The notes: generated from the sequence alone by a model not told the origin. A stretch of DNA of 64,000 nucleotides from Alkalispirochaeta sp. (GCA_965242725.1 CBDESZ010000018.1:288001-352000), one strand, 5' to 3'. Shown: positions 1-10,382, counted from the stretch's first letter. Numbers and translations: made by a program.

Positions 1-1401
1 CTTGTCCGCCTTGAACTTGTTGAAGGTCTTTTCTTCAAAGGTAATCGGCTGATCCCTGACGACAAAGTGATCCGCCTTGTCCGGAAGCGTTCCGAAGTCG
101 GGGTTGGTCTTGAGTTCTTCCCGAGCCTTCGTACTCCACGAAGACCATTCGCCGGGCGTAAGAATGGCGGGAACCAGTTCTCCCTTTATTTTTTTCATGT
201 CAGCGGCGTTGCCGAGGCTGCGAATCACCGTCTTCAGCGCCCAGACGATCCGTTCCTTCACCAGTTTCCGGAGCTTGTCCTTCTTCCACACCGCACGGAG
301 GACCCAGATGTGGTCCTTGGGAAGCACATCAAGGGCATCGATAGCCATTTTCAGGGACATCTTGTGACCTCGTTTCTTGGCAAAATCGACGGTAATGTCG
401 TCGCCGGCGATGTCCCGTATGCGTCCTATACCCCAGCTGCGATGGAAAACGAAGTTTCCCTTGTCAAAGGAAATATGTTTCTCAAAATCGGCGATCGCCT
501 CGTGGATCGGCCGCCAGCTCTGTTTGATGTTGCTGACCCGTATGTATTCCTGAAGGTTACTGTGATCGGCGTACTTGTGTTCAAAACACTCGATAATTTC
601 TTTTCTGCCCCACGGGCTCTTGGCGTCGTAGTTGAGCACCCGTTTGAGGAGGTCGATTGCGCGATCCCATTCTTCATTTTTCTTGTACACCGGATAGAGA
701 TCTTCAAGGAGCTGTACCGCCCGCTCGGAGCTGATCGTACGGGAGATCTTTGATTCGGCGTGATAGAAAAACTCCGTCTCACCGGGAGCGAGTTCCACCA
801 GGCGATGCCACATTTCCTTTATATTGTTGAAACTCTTTTTGGTAATGTACCGATGCAGCGCCTTCTTGTAATACTCAACGGCCTGTTCAATATCGCCGGC
901 ATCTTCCTTGAGGTGCGCCAGCTGACGAACGATATCCGCCTCTTCAAAATCAACGCGAATGAGACGCTCCCAGACATCATGAAGTTTTTCGGTCTGGTTT
1001 TCGTTGTCATAGACATCGGCAAGAATGCGCAGGGCAAACCGGTTTTCACCGAACTGCAGTATCTTCAGTGCGAGATATTCTACGATGTTCCACTTGTGGT
1101 TGTCGGTAAAGATCTTGGTCAGAAGTATGAGATTGGCGTCATCCACAGACTGCCGGGCGAGGTCGAGCAGGCCGGAAATGTAGAGGGCGATTATACTGTT
1201 CTTCGTATGCTGCAGGTGTTCGTCACAAAGCTCCCGCACCTCGTCAACGAGATCATTCTCTTCGATCTCCTTGACGATATCGTCAAGTTCCTTGAAGTTG
1301 CTGACCGTGTAATTATTGAGGGTCGCTCGCGTCCATTTTTCTTCGTTCAGAAGTTCAGTGACGTTTTTTACAATATCATGCGTCGTATTGGCGGTAGACA
1401 T
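1..1401 (-). CDS. greA: Long spirochaete-type transcription elongation factor GreA, N-terminal part (runs off the window)
   Basis: Not in the ORF track. Manual translation from ATG 1401 (GGAG upstream) gives MSTANTTHDIVKNVTELLNEEKWTRATLNNYTVSNFKELDD, which resembles the N-terminus of long spirochaete GreA as I recall it. The C-terminal GreA domain lies outside the window. Confidence 0.72.
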   Translation of the reverse strand, partial: MSTANTTHDIVKNVTELLNEEKWTRATLNNYTVSNFKELDDIVKEIEENDLVDEVRELCDEHLQHTKNSIIALYISGLLDLARQSVDDANLILLTKIFTDNHKWNIVEYLALKILQFGENRFALRILADVYDNENQTEKLHDVWERLIRVDFEEADIVRQLAHLKEDAGDIEQAVEYYKKALHRYITKKSFNNIKEMWHRLVELAPGETEFFYHAESKISRTISSERAVQLLEDLYPVYKKNEEWDRAIDLLKRVLNYDAKSPWGRKEIIECFEHKYADHSNLQEYIRVSNIKQSWRPIHEAIADFEKHISFDKGNFVFHRSWGIGRIRDIAGDDITVDFAKKRGHKMSLKMAIDALDVLPKDHIWVLRAVWKKDKLRKLVKERIVWALKTVIRSLGNAADMKKIKGELVPAILTPGEWSSWSTKAREELKTNPDFGTLPDKADHFVVRDQPITFEEKTFNKFKADK

Positions 1402-2314
1402 CGGTATCCACACTCCGTATTTTGATTTTCACTTCGTCAATTTTCCCCTGCGTTTCCTTTACCGCAACGTAATGGTCAATTAACCAAAAGTATCGATTAA
1501 TCAATCGGGGCTTGATCAATCGTGCGTCTCCGGTACCCTCTCGCAGCTCCCTTTCAAGTTCATATATGGATTGCTTCAGCCGACCGAACTCAATCGACCG
1601 CAATTCCCGCTTCACATTCAGCACATTGAAGAGCACTCCATAAACGGGTATCCACTCAAGCAGTTCAACATCGGTGAATCCCCGGTCCTCTACAGCCTGT
1701 ACCAGCCGGCGTATCAATTCAGAATCGAGACGCGTAACGTCGATCTTTCGAGGATCCCGGAAAAAGGCCTCCCGAAAAAAAGCCTTCGCCTGAGCCGGTT
1801 CGTCGGCGAGGGCAAGTACATCGGCCAGTTCCGCCAGCACCTCGGCGTCGTCGGGTTTCTCCGTTCCCGCCGCCCGTAAAAATTTCATTGCCCGATCGTA
1901 CTCGCCGAGCCCCTTATAGCAGCGCCCGATTCTTACAAGGAGGTCGGTGTCGCGATTGGTGCGATCCTCATATACCTCCCGGTAAAAGGTGAGAGCACGA
2001 CGAAAAACATGACGACGAAATGCATTCAGAGTAAGTTCAACTCGGGGTCCAACCCTGTCGACAAACTCCTGAAAGACCGTCCATTGGGCTAAAAGGTATT
2101 CACCTCGCTCAAAGGGATCAACGAGTTCGTCCACTCGTCGCTGCCTGTCGTTCCAGAAATTGGCGTATTTCAACGACGTCACCACATCGGCATGCTCAAA
2201 GTCGACTGATAGCGCCCGTTCCAGTTCCTGGTTTGCCTCCGGTAAGCGGTGCGAAACGATATGCTCAGCAGCACGTTGTAGCAGGTCGTGCACGTTGTCT
2301 GAGTCCTTGTCCAA
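1376..2314 (-). CDS. Tetratricopeptide-repeat protein upstream of greA
   Basis: 312 aa with TPR-like helices (LLVRIGRCYKGLGEYDRAMKFL, AEVLAELADVLAL); TTG start; overlaps the greA start. Confidence 0.75.
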   Translation of the reverse strand: MDKDSDNVHDLLQRAAEHIVSHRLPEANQELERALSVDFEHADVVTSLKYANFWNDRQRRVDELVDPFERGEYLLAQWTVFQEFVDRVGPRVELTLNAFRRHVFRRALTFYREVYEDRTNRDTDLLVRIGRCYKGLGEYDRAMKFLRAAGTEKPDDAEVLAELADVLALADEPAQAKAFFREAFFRDPRKIDVTRLDSELIRRLVQAVEDRGFTDVELLEWIPVYGVLFNVLNVKRELRSIEFGRLKQSIYELERELREGTGDARLIKPRLINRYFWLIDHYVAVKETQGKIDEVKIKIRSVDTDVYRQYDA

Positions 2315-2347
2315 CTGCTCGCATCCTTTTACACTGCGTTTCTTTGT

Positions 2348-2375
2348 ATTATAACATTTTGCGAAGAAAGGTCAA
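2348..2375 (-). promoter_or_regulatory. sigma70-type promoter for TPR-greA
   Basis: Minus strand TTGACC-N16-TATAAT with extended TG (TGTTATAAT). Confidence 0.6.
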
Positions 2376-2419
2376 CGAACCGCCTTTCCCTGAATGTCAC
2401 CGATGGAGTATGCTCCCCT

Positions 2420-3088
2420 ATGAAGGCACCAATAATTGCTCCGTCGATATTGTCCGCCGATTTTGCAGACATCGGCGCAGGAATCACAACAATCGAACAG
2501 GCCGGTGCCGACTGGATACATCTGGACGTCATGGACGGCCATTTTGTTCCCCCCATCACCTTCGGTCCCCACATGGTGTCGGCGGTGCGTAAGAAGACGC
2601 GCCTGACCCTTGATACTCATTTAATGATCGATAATCCCGCCCGGCAGGTAGACTCCTTTATAGACGCGGGGACGGACTATCTCACCTTCCATCTCGAAGC
2701 CGTGGTCCACGCACATCGTCTCGTTCAGTACATCCGGGAACGGAAGGTCCAGCCGGGTATTGCAATCGTTCCGTCCACGCCTGTTGCGGCGGTCCGTGAA
2801 CTCATTGACGAAATAGATCTTCTCCTCGTCATGACGGTGAATCCCGGTTACGGGGGGCAGGAACTCATCACCTCATGCCTGCGAAAGGTGGAAGAGGCAG
2901 CGGCGCTCCGCCGCGATCGAGGGGCCTCGTTTCTCATAGAAGTGGACGGCGGCATCCATCCTTCCACGGTGGAGGCCGCCCGAAAATCGGGAGTTGATAT
3001 CCTCGTATCGGGATCCGGCTTCTTCGCCGCCGACGATCGTGCGCGGTACGTGGCCACATTACGGGGAATGTCCGGGACAATCGTATAG
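2420..3088 (+). CDS. rpe: Ribulose-phosphate 3-epimerase
   Basis: IAPSILSADF, HLDVMDGHFVP, MTVNPGYGGQ, EVDGGI motifs. Confidence 0.97.
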   Translation: MKAPIIAPSILSADFADIGAGITTIEQAGADWIHLDVMDGHFVPPITFGPHMVSAVRKKTRLTLDTHLMIDNPARQVDSFIDAGTDYLTFHLEAVVHAHRLVQYIRERKVQPGIAIVPSTPVAAVRELIDEIDLLLVMTVNPGYGGQELITSCLRKVEEAAALRRDRGASFLIEVDGGIHPSTVEAARKSGVDILVSGSGFFAADDRARYVATLRGMSGTIV

Positions 3089-3115
3089 GCAGAAGTGACG
3101 CTTCGCGGAACGGTC

Positions 3116-3142
3116 TAAATCTGGGGCTGTGGAGGCCGACAA
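3116..3142 (+). promoter_or_regulatory. Putative sigma28 (FliA) promoter
   Basis: TAAA-N15-GCCGACAA versus consensus TAAA-N15-GCCGATAA; shares CCGACAATG with the flaB promoter at 45197. Confidence 0.55.
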
Positions 3143-3161
3143 TGATAAAGGGAGTGTATCG

Positions 3162-4031
3162 ATGAACAAATCTACCAAACAGCGTTTCGTTGCGATTGCC
3201 GTCCTGCTGAGCCTCCTCGTCGTTCCAGTCGTCTCGGCACAGAGCGATCTTATCGCGCAGGGTATTCAGGCATTCCAGAAAAGCGATTTCGAATCTGCGA
3301 TGGTTATCTTTCGTGACGTCCTGTTGAGCGAACCCGATGCGGAGAGTGAAGGGGCCGCCTATTTCTGGCTCGCCAAGTCTGCCATGGGAGTGGGACGTCT
3401 CAACGAAGCGGAACGGAACCTGGAATACTACATTCGATCTTTTCCCGGCCACGATTATCAGGTTGAAGCGAGGTATCAGCGGGGCAGGATTCTCTTCCTC
3501 CAGGAGGATTACGAAGGGGCGATTCAATCGTTCAGCGGTTTCATCCGGTCCTACGGAGATTCACCCTTCGTCGCCAACGCGACCTACTGGTCCGCGGAGT
3601 CGCTCTTTCAACTGGGCAGGCTTGATGAAGCGAAACGGATGTTTGAATCGGTTCTTCGGGACTATCCGACGAGTTTCCGTGTCGAGGCGGCCCGATACCG
3701 GGTAGCCCTCATTGAACTGAACGCCCGTGAACAGGAACTGCTGAAACTCCTCCAGTGGAGCCATGAGGAGTACCTGCAGGCACAGGACGAGTTCAATCGC
3801 CGTGAAAGAGCGTATCAGGAAGCGATAGCCTCCTATCAGGAACGCCTTCAGAGCGCAGCGGGTGCGGATTTTCGTGAAGAGATCACCCGACTCACAACTC
3901 AGGTGAGAACCCTCCAGGAGCTCCTGCGGAACAGGGAAGCCCAGATCAGCAGACTTCAGGAACAGCTCACGAGTCTCCAGAACGGCTTTGAAAACGGCAC
4001 CACTTCCGGAAACAATGCCGCGGGGAACTGA
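3162..4031 (+). CDS. Exported TPR protein (BamD/CpoB-like repeats) with C-terminal coiled coil
   Basis: ATG 3162 after AGGGAG; signal peptide (MNKSTKQRFVAIAVLLSLLVVPVVSA); TPRs (AYFWLAKS, ARYQRGRI, ATYWSAESL); heptad-rich C-terminus. Confidence 0.75.
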   Translation: MNKSTKQRFVAIAVLLSLLVVPVVSAQSDLIAQGIQAFQKSDFESAMVIFRDVLLSEPDAESEGAAYFWLAKSAMGVGRLNEAERNLEYYIRSFPGHDYQVEARYQRGRILFLQEDYEGAIQSFSGFIRSYGDSPFVANATYWSAESLFQLGRLDEAKRMFESVLRDYPTSFRVEAARYRVALIELNAREQELLKLLQWSHEEYLQAQDEFNRRERAYQEAIASYQERLQSAAGADFREEITRLTTQVRTLQELLRNREAQISRLQEQLTSLQNGFENGTTSGNNAAGN

Positions 4032-4080
4032 TCAGCCCGTTCCTGCGACGCGTCGTGAGTAACGTCTTCCCCGAGAGGCC

Positions 4081-5226
4081 GTGGTGACAAAACGAAAATC
4101 GAAAGGGTTACGAAAAGCCGCTCGACTCTATCGCCGACGTCGCTACGCCCACGTCATTACGCTCCTGGAACCACAGGTATTCATGTACCGCGAGAGCTGG
4201 CAATACTACCACCTTCTGGGAATGAGCTGCCTCTATACCGGAGACTATGCCGGCGCATACTCCTATTTGCGCCGTGCCTCCGATCTGGATCTCGAACGAA
4301 CGGAAACCCTCCTCGGCATCGGCGCCGTGCTTCTCCGACGGCGACAGATCGACGTCGCCATCGCAACATACCTCGACGTACTTGACCGGGATCCCCGCAA
4401 CGCACGGGCCCGACGGGCACTTCAATGGCTGCGCACACTTGATGACCCGGAAGATGTTGTTCAGTGGTTTGAATCAAACAGGATACGGCGCGTTCTCCCC
4501 GCCAGGGGTGTGTATATTCCCCGACCGATCCGGCTGCTGGGAATACTGCTCCTTGTTTCCGTGGGGCTTTATCTTGCCGCTCCCTACGCTGTTCGATTCG
4601 TTCGAGGAATTATTCAGCAGGACGATCGTCCGGGAAGCGAGGTCCTTTCTCTGGAGGATACGGACAACCTCACCGTCGATTCCCCGCGGGGAGAAAACGG
4701 GCCGACCCTGTACCGTTTCGACAACGATGAAGTGGAATCCCTTTTCCGGGAGATCGGACGCCTCTTCAACAGCTCCCAGGACAATACCGTCCGCAGAGAA
4801 ATCAACAGGATCGTCCTTTCCAATGCGGAGGAGCGGGTAAAAAGACAAGCCGAACTTCTGAGGGACTATCTGCAGGAACCGGATTTTACCACCTATTCCG
4901 AAATGTCCGAGGAGATTTCCTATCAGGAGGTAGCCGACGAGCCCCTTCTCTACGACGGCGTCTACGTGCGATGGCGGGGAAGAATCGCAAACCTCGTTGT
5001 CGGCGAAGAGGCGATCACCTTTGACCTTCTCGTTGGCTATGAGAGCGGTCGTATCGTCGAAGGTATCGTTCCCGTACGCATTACCTACGCCGTGCTGCTC
5101 CAGAATGGTCAGGGCGTGGAATTGATCGGCCGGGTTCGGGCGTTGCCGGGAGACGGGGAAACCCCCTTTACGGTGCACGTGACATCGATTCGAACACTCA
5201 ACAGAGCGGAAGGAGCGGAGCGGTGA
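4081..5226 (+). CDS. Membrane-anchored TPR protein
   Basis: N-terminal TPRs, one TM segment (LLGILLLVSVGLYLAAPYAV), beta-rich OB-like C-terminus. Confidence 0.7.
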   Translation: MVTKRKSKGLRKAARLYRRRRYAHVITLLEPQVFMYRESWQYYHLLGMSCLYTGDYAGAYSYLRRASDLDLERTETLLGIGAVLLRRRQIDVAIATYLDVLDRDPRNARARRALQWLRTLDDPEDVVQWFESNRIRRVLPARGVYIPRPIRLLGILLLVSVGLYLAAPYAVRFVRGIIQQDDRPGSEVLSLEDTDNLTVDSPRGENGPTLYRFDNDEVESLFREIGRLFNSSQDNTVRREINRIVLSNAEERVKRQAELLRDYLQEPDFTTYSEMSEEISYQEVADEPLLYDGVYVRWRGRIANLVVGEEAITFDLLVGYESGRIVEGIVPVRITYAVLLQNGQGVELIGRVRALPGDGETPFTVHVTSIRTLNRAEGAER

Positions 5227-5669
5227 AGGCCGTTGTGCAGCGGGTGAGCTCCGCATCCGTCACCGTCGAAGATGCAGTTGTTACCGGCTCGATCGGAACG
5301 GGCCTGCTCGTTCTCCTCGGCGTCCATCGGGACGACACCCCGGAAGACCTGGAGTATGTTGCCCGGAAAATTCTCGGCCTCCGTATTTTTCATGACGAAG
5401 CGGAAAAGATGAATCGTTCAGTCCTGGACATTTCCGGAGAAATACTCCTCGTCTCCCAGTTCACCCTGTTGGGCAATACCCGAAAAGGACGGAGACCCGG
5501 CTTTGACGCCGCGGCTCCCCCTGAGCGGGCACATGCGATGTACGAAGAGATGAATTCCCGCCTTTCCCGTGAGGTTACCGTGGCCACCGGCCGGTTCGGG
5601 GCAAAAATGGCTGTGCAACTCACAAATGACGGTCCCGTGACGATCCTCATCGATAGTCACGATCGATAG
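5223..5669 (+). CDS. dtd: D-aminoacyl-tRNA deacylase
   Basis: MKAVVQRV, SQFTL and NDGPVT motifs. Confidence 0.97.
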   Translation: MKAVVQRVSSASVTVEDAVVTGSIGTGLLVLLGVHRDDTPEDLEYVARKILGLRIFHDEAEKMNRSVLDISGEILLVSQFTLLGNTRKGRRPGFDAAAPPERAHAMYEEMNSRLSREVTVATGRFGAKMAVQLTNDGPVTILIDSHDR

Positions 5670-5700
5670 AACGCCCCCAAGCCCTCTATCCGTACGACCG

Positions 5701-6803
5701 TCAGAGAAAGAGCTTGAGGTTGGACAGGTAGTGTTCCGGGTCAAAATCGTCAAAGAAGGGCGACAGTGACTGCTCCTCGTGCATGCGCATGATGATTTCC
5801 GCGCTGAGACGGGCCGATGAGACGACCTGCAGGAACGGCATTGCCTCACGCAACTCGTCTGAAACCTCCAGTGAATCGGTGACGATGAGACGGTTCAGCA
5901 TTCCCGACTCGTACAGTTCCTGCAGCCGCTCGGTGGCGGGATCCGAAAAGACGGGATGAATGACGGCGATATTCACCACGCCCACGTCCCGTCGTTTCAG
6001 CTCCTTGACCAGCGTATAGACGCTACCCGCGGTATCGATCATGTCGTCGACGATCCACACCTCTTTTCCCGAAATCTCGGTGTCAGTGAGGATGTTTATC
6101 GCCTCTACGGAATTGGTCTTGTCGTAGTTCCGCTGCTTGTGGGCAATCATGAGTTTCGTTCCAAAAGCCCTCGCGTACTTCCGCGCCACATTTTCACCGC
6201 CGGCATCGACTGAACAGAAGAGCCAGTTGTTCCTGACCATGTCCCGGAGCACGTCGGGTTTGCGAATAAAGTTGTCGGTGATGTATTCCTTGATGAGCGG
6301 ACTCGCCGGAACGTCGTCTATCCCGCACGTCCTGGGATCAACGACGGTTTTTGATTTATCCGAATGAAGCTGATAGGTGATGATGTGGTCGATGCCGAGA
6401 CTCGAGAGCGTCTTGTAGTGAATCCAGAAACCGACGGAATTACGACGGGTCGTCCTGTCGGAGCGGGAGCTTGTACAAAACGGTTCAAAGAGCGTTATCT
6501 TGTTGGGCTGAGAACGCCGCAACGCGTCGATGGCGTGATACAACTCCATCTTGTTTTCTTCAACCGAGAGGCCGTAAGCGTTTCTTCCCGCCGAAGCCAT
6601 GAGGAAGACGTCCTTGCCCCGTATCGAAGTGTGGACTTCAACCTCGATTTCTCCATCGGCAAAGGTGACGGTTTTTAACTCGCCGCGTATGCTCTTGCTG
6701 TAGCCTTTTCCGTAAAAATCGGAAAGGTCTGCATCTCATAGACCACGCGATCCGCATAATCTTCCATGCTCCGTGTGGAAAACACAACTAACTCGCCACG
6801 CAT
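5701..6803 (-). CDS. prs: Ribose-phosphate pyrophosphokinase-like protein, with an apparent 1-nt deletion near 6721
   Basis: ATG 6803 gives [20 protein letters not shown]; after a frame change it reads [20 protein letters not shown], then joins ORF 5701..6600 with VDAGG and the PRPP motif [10 protein letters not shown]. Confidence 0.8.
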
Positions 6804-6948
6804 ACCAGATGTATACTACGCTTTTCCCCTGCTGGTCAAACCGGTCCGGCCGTTGCCAGCCGACGAAAAAGGTCCCGCGACGATCAGGCACGCTTTCATC
6901 ACAACTGGAAAAGCGATATACTTCCCGCGGCACTGAATAAGGGAAAGC

Positions 6949-6960
6949 GGGGGGGGGGGG
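6949..6960 (+). repeat. G12 homopolymer at the recA ribosome-binding position
   Basis: 12 consecutive G ending 5 nt before ATG 6966. Confidence 0.9.
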
Positions 6961-6965
6961 AATCT

Positions 6966-8150
6966 ATGGCAACAAATACCACGACAAAATCCAGCGACAA
7001 GGAAAAGGCAATTGAAGCTGCACGGCTGCAAATAGAAAAGCAGTTCGGCAAGGGCTCCATCATGAAGCTCGGCGAGGATCGCGACACGAGCGGAATACAG
7101 ACGATCGGAAGCGGTTCTATCCTCCTTGACGAGGCGCTTGGAATCGGCGGGGTATCCCAGAGGAAGAATCGTCGAGGTATACGGGCCGGAGTCTTCGGGA
7201 AAAACGACGCTCGCCCTCCACGCCATCGCGGAGGCTCAGAAGGCGGGCGGGGTAGCCGCATTTATAGACGCCGAGCACGCACTGGATCCTACCTACGCAA
7301 AGAGTCTCGGCGTCAACACCGACGACCTGTGGGTATCCCAACCGGACAACGGTGAACAGGCGCTGGAAATCGCCGAGGCGCTGGTACGCAGCAAGAGTGT
7401 CGATATCATCGTCGTTGATTCCGTCGCGGCACTGACGCCTCAGGCGGAAATAGAGGGCGACATGGGCGACAGCCACGTCGGTCTCCAGGCACGGCTCATG
7501 AGTCAGGCGCTGCGGAAACTCACGGGAATCATTTCAAAGACCTCCACGGTCCTCGTCTTCATTAACCAGATTCGCATGAAGATCGGCGTCATGTTCGGAA
7601 ATCCCGAGACGACGACCGGTGGGAACGCCCTGAAATTCTACTGCTCCGTGCGTCTTGAAGTCCGGCGGATAGAGACGATAAGCAAGAGTGCCGACGAGGC
7701 GATTGGAAACCGCGTGCGCGTAAAAGTGGTCAAGAACAAGGTCGCACCGCCGTTCCGCAAGGTGGAACTTGAAATAATATTCGGGAAAGGCATATCCGCC
7801 TCCGCCAGCCTCCTCGACGCCGCACTGAAATACGACCTCGTTCAGAAAGCGGGATCGTGGTATTCCTACGGAGAGGAACGCATCGGCCAGGGCCGGGAAA
7901 ATGCAAAGCAGTTTCTCGAGGAACATGAGGATATCTACCGACAACTCGAGGAGCGACTGCGAGTCGTCATGTTTCCGCCCAAGGATGCCAAAACCGCGCT
8001 CCCTCCGACGAAAAGGCCGCTTCCTCAAACGATGCCTCCGGAAAGAGTGCTCCGTCGGGTAAAAACGGCAAGGACGGCAAGGAAGGCAAGAAGAACTCGG
8101 CCGCTTCAGGAGATACTGAAACAGAACCCGGCGACGACGAGCTTTTCTAA
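6966..8150 (+). CDS. recA: Recombinase RecA, with two apparent frameshifts (~7150, ~7990)
   Basis: [15 protein letters not shown] in ORF 6966; [36 protein letters not shown] in ORF 7126; another frame gives a Lys/Ser-rich tail ending DDELF* at 8150, abutting the scpA ATG. Confidence 0.93.
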
Positions 8151-8957
8151 ATGTCCGACCAAGACGGAACGGAACGGCCTCAATCGGAACCTCACAATGT
8201 CCGCCTAGAGCAGTTTGAGGGCCCCCTGGATCTTCTCATCTTTCTGATAAAGAAAAATGAGGTAAACATTTACGATATACCCATCGCAAAGATCACGGAG
8301 CAGTATCTCGAGATGATCCGATACGCAACGAGACTCAATCTCGATACGCTTACCGATTTCTATCTCATGGCGGCGACGCTTCTGCACATCAAGTCGCGGA
8401 TGCTCCTTCCGATGGAGGACGGCGATGATGACGAAGAGATTGAAGATCCCCGTCAGGAGCTTGTGGAACGATTGATTGAGTATCAACGTTTTCGCAAACT
8501 GAGCGATCTCATGGAGGAAAAGGAAGAGGAGGTTGAATACACCCTCGAGCGCCGATCGGTCCAGCCGATCCTGCCCTTTGACGACGAGGAAGATCTGTGG
8601 GAGCAGATAGACGTATGGGAGCTGTTGAAAACGTTCTCCCGGCTGGTGTCGAGAATCAACGCCGATCGTCTGGTCGATCTCTATGAGGAGGTCACGGTGA
8701 ATGAAAAAATCACCCTCATCGACGAGCTTGTCGAACGAAAAGGGGAGTTCTTCTTTACCGATTTGATACGTCGGGAGGGTTCAATTATGGAGCTGGTCTG
8801 CTCATTCATCGCCATCCTGGAAGCTGCGCGCCAGCGGACAATACGAATTCTTCAAAACAAGCTTTTTGGCGATATTCGACTGGTCGCAGGTCCAAGAGAT
8901 TTACATTTTGCCTTCGATGACGACACTATGGGAGAAGAGATTCTCGACGAGGCGTAA
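8151..8957 (+). CDS. scpA: Segregation/condensation protein A (kleisin)
   Basis: [42 protein letters not shown] motifs. Confidence 0.95.
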   Translation: MSDQDGTERPQSEPHNVRLEQFEGPLDLLIFLIKKNEVNIYDIPIAKITEQYLEMIRYATRLNLDTLTDFYLMAATLLHIKSRMLLPMEDGDDDEEIEDPRQELVERLIEYQRFRKLSDLMEEKEEEVEYTLERRSVQPILPFDDEEDLWEQIDVWELLKTFSRLVSRINADRLVDLYEEVTVNEKITLIDELVERKGEFFFTDLIRREGSIMELVCSFIAILEAARQRTIRILQNKLFGDIRLVAGPRDLHFAFDDDTMGEEILDEA

Positions 8958-8964
8958 TGTGAAG

Positions 8965-9497
8965 ATGGAAGAAGAAAAAGCTCTGATCGAAGCGATCCTG
9001 TTTCTTGAAATAGACCCGATCGACTTAAAGACACTGGCAAAAATCAGCGGCTTGTCCCGGGAACAGGTAGAAGAGGTAGTCCGGGAGCTTCGGCGGACCT
9101 GGAAGCCGACCACCGCGGACTGGAACTGATATCCCTCGAAAATGCAGTACGACTCGCGCCGAAACGAGCGTTATGGCCCCGTCTGCGAAACAGATTCGCA
9201 AGAAACGGGAAAACAGGCTCTCCCGGGCAGCCATGGAAACCCTCTCCATAGTGGCGTACTCCCAACCAATAACCCGGAGTGAAATCGAAAGTCTCCGCGG
9301 CGTTTCCGCAGACAACATGATCCGCCAGCTGCTGGAACGGGGCCTCATTCATGAAGTCGGACGAAAACAGGCTCCGGGCCGACCGGTACAGTACGGCACG
9401 ACCCGTGAATTTCTCGAGCATTTCGGCCTCGAAAGCATCGCCGATCTGCCGAAACTCGACGAAATCGAGCAGGAACGATTCAACTTGAACGGGATAG
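8965..9497 (+). CDS. scpB: SMC-Scp complex subunit ScpB, with apparent indels at ~9093, ~9198 and ~9492
   Basis: ALIEAILF (ORF 8866); LSRAAMETLSIVAYSQPITRSEIESLRGV and GRPVQYGTTREFLEHFGL (ORF 9173); removing one G from GGG 9491-9493 puts TAG 9495 in frame. Confidence 0.85.
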
Positions 9498-9499
9498 CA

Positions 9500-10381
9500 A
9501 TGACGATGACGAGTGAAAATAGAAACGACGACAGAGGAATACGGATCAACAAATACCTTTCTGATGCAGGAAAGGGATCGCGACGAAAAGTTGAAGAGCT
9601 GGTACGAAACGGACGGGTACAGATCGACGGAGAATCTGTTCACGACCTCTCCACAAGAGTCCTTCCCGGACAGGAAGTGAGACTTGACGGGGAAGTGGTT
9701 CATCCGTCCCGTCATACAGTCGTCTTTGCCTTCAATAAACCGGTCCGCGTCGTGGTGAGTGATTCCGATCCGGAAGGCAGACCGCTGGCGATTGATGCGG
9801 TCCGTCCATATTACTCGGGAAGGCTCTTTTCCATAGGTCGCCTCGATTACATGTCCAGCGGACTCATACTTTTTACCAACGACGGCATGCTGGCTCAGCA
9901 GCTCATGCGGCCGGCGGCAAATATCGATCGGGAGTACGTCGTCGAGACGAGAGAACCGATCGGCGACGAGCAGCTCGAGCAGTTTCGACGGGGAATTTCA
10001 ATTGAAGGCATTACCTACCGTCTCAAGAGTTACCACCGCTTCACCGGCCGGCGGGTCGCAGTGGTTCTCACGGAGGGAAAAAACAGGGAGATTCGCCGCG
10101 TCTTCAGCCACTTTCGCCTGAAAGTCCGTCGTATTTACCGGAACAGGTACGGACCCATCCGCCTCGGTGAACTGCCGGAAGGGCATGTCAGGGAACTGAA
10201 CAGGAACGAAATTGAACGATTGGCGGCGGCTGTCCGCCGGAAAAATACGGAAGAGTCCCGAAACGGATCACCACGGCGGGAAAATTCTTCTTCACGCCGT
10301 CCGGGAACACGTAAAAAAGCGTCGTCCCGCCAACGCCCCGCCCGTAGACGTGACGGGGATTCGCCACACAAGGGGAGGTAG
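9500..10381 (+). CDS. rluB: RluB/RsuA-family rRNA pseudouridine synthase
   Basis: S4 domain (RINKYLSDAG..SRRKVEEL), catalytic GRLD, EGKNREIRR; basic tail. Confidence 0.88.
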   Translation: MTMTSENRNDDRGIRINKYLSDAGKGSRRKVEELVRNGRVQIDGESVHDLSTRVLPGQEVRLDGEVVHPSRHTVVFAFNKPVRVVVSDSDPEGRPLAIDAVRPYYSGRLFSIGRLDYMSSGLILFTNDGMLAQQLMRPAANIDREYVVETREPIGDEQLEQFRRGISIEGITYRLKSYHRFTGRRVAVVLTEGKNREIRRVFSHFRLKVRRIYRNRYGPIRLGELPEGHVRELNRNEIERLAAAVRRKNTEESRNGSPRRENSSSRRPGTRKKASSRQRPARRRDGDSPHKGR

Positions 10382-10382
10382 C

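Noticed and set aside
67..1425. Plus-strand ORFs 67..753 and 760..1425
   Set aside because: Antisense shadows of the minus-strand greA frame
6804..6948. SOS box upstream of recA
   Set aside because: Only weak inverted repeats (CGCTTT/AAAGCG); no LexA consensus I can support
6966..8208. recA as a pseudogene or programmed frameshift
   Set aside because: All catalytic motifs are intact, the breaks lie in short homopolymers, and neighbouring genes show the same error pattern
9173..10381. Apparent ScpB-RluB fusion protein (402-aa ORF)
   Set aside because: Removing one G from GGG 9491-9493 gives GGA-TAG followed by the rluB ATG. The segment has several other indels, so the fusion is probably an artefact.
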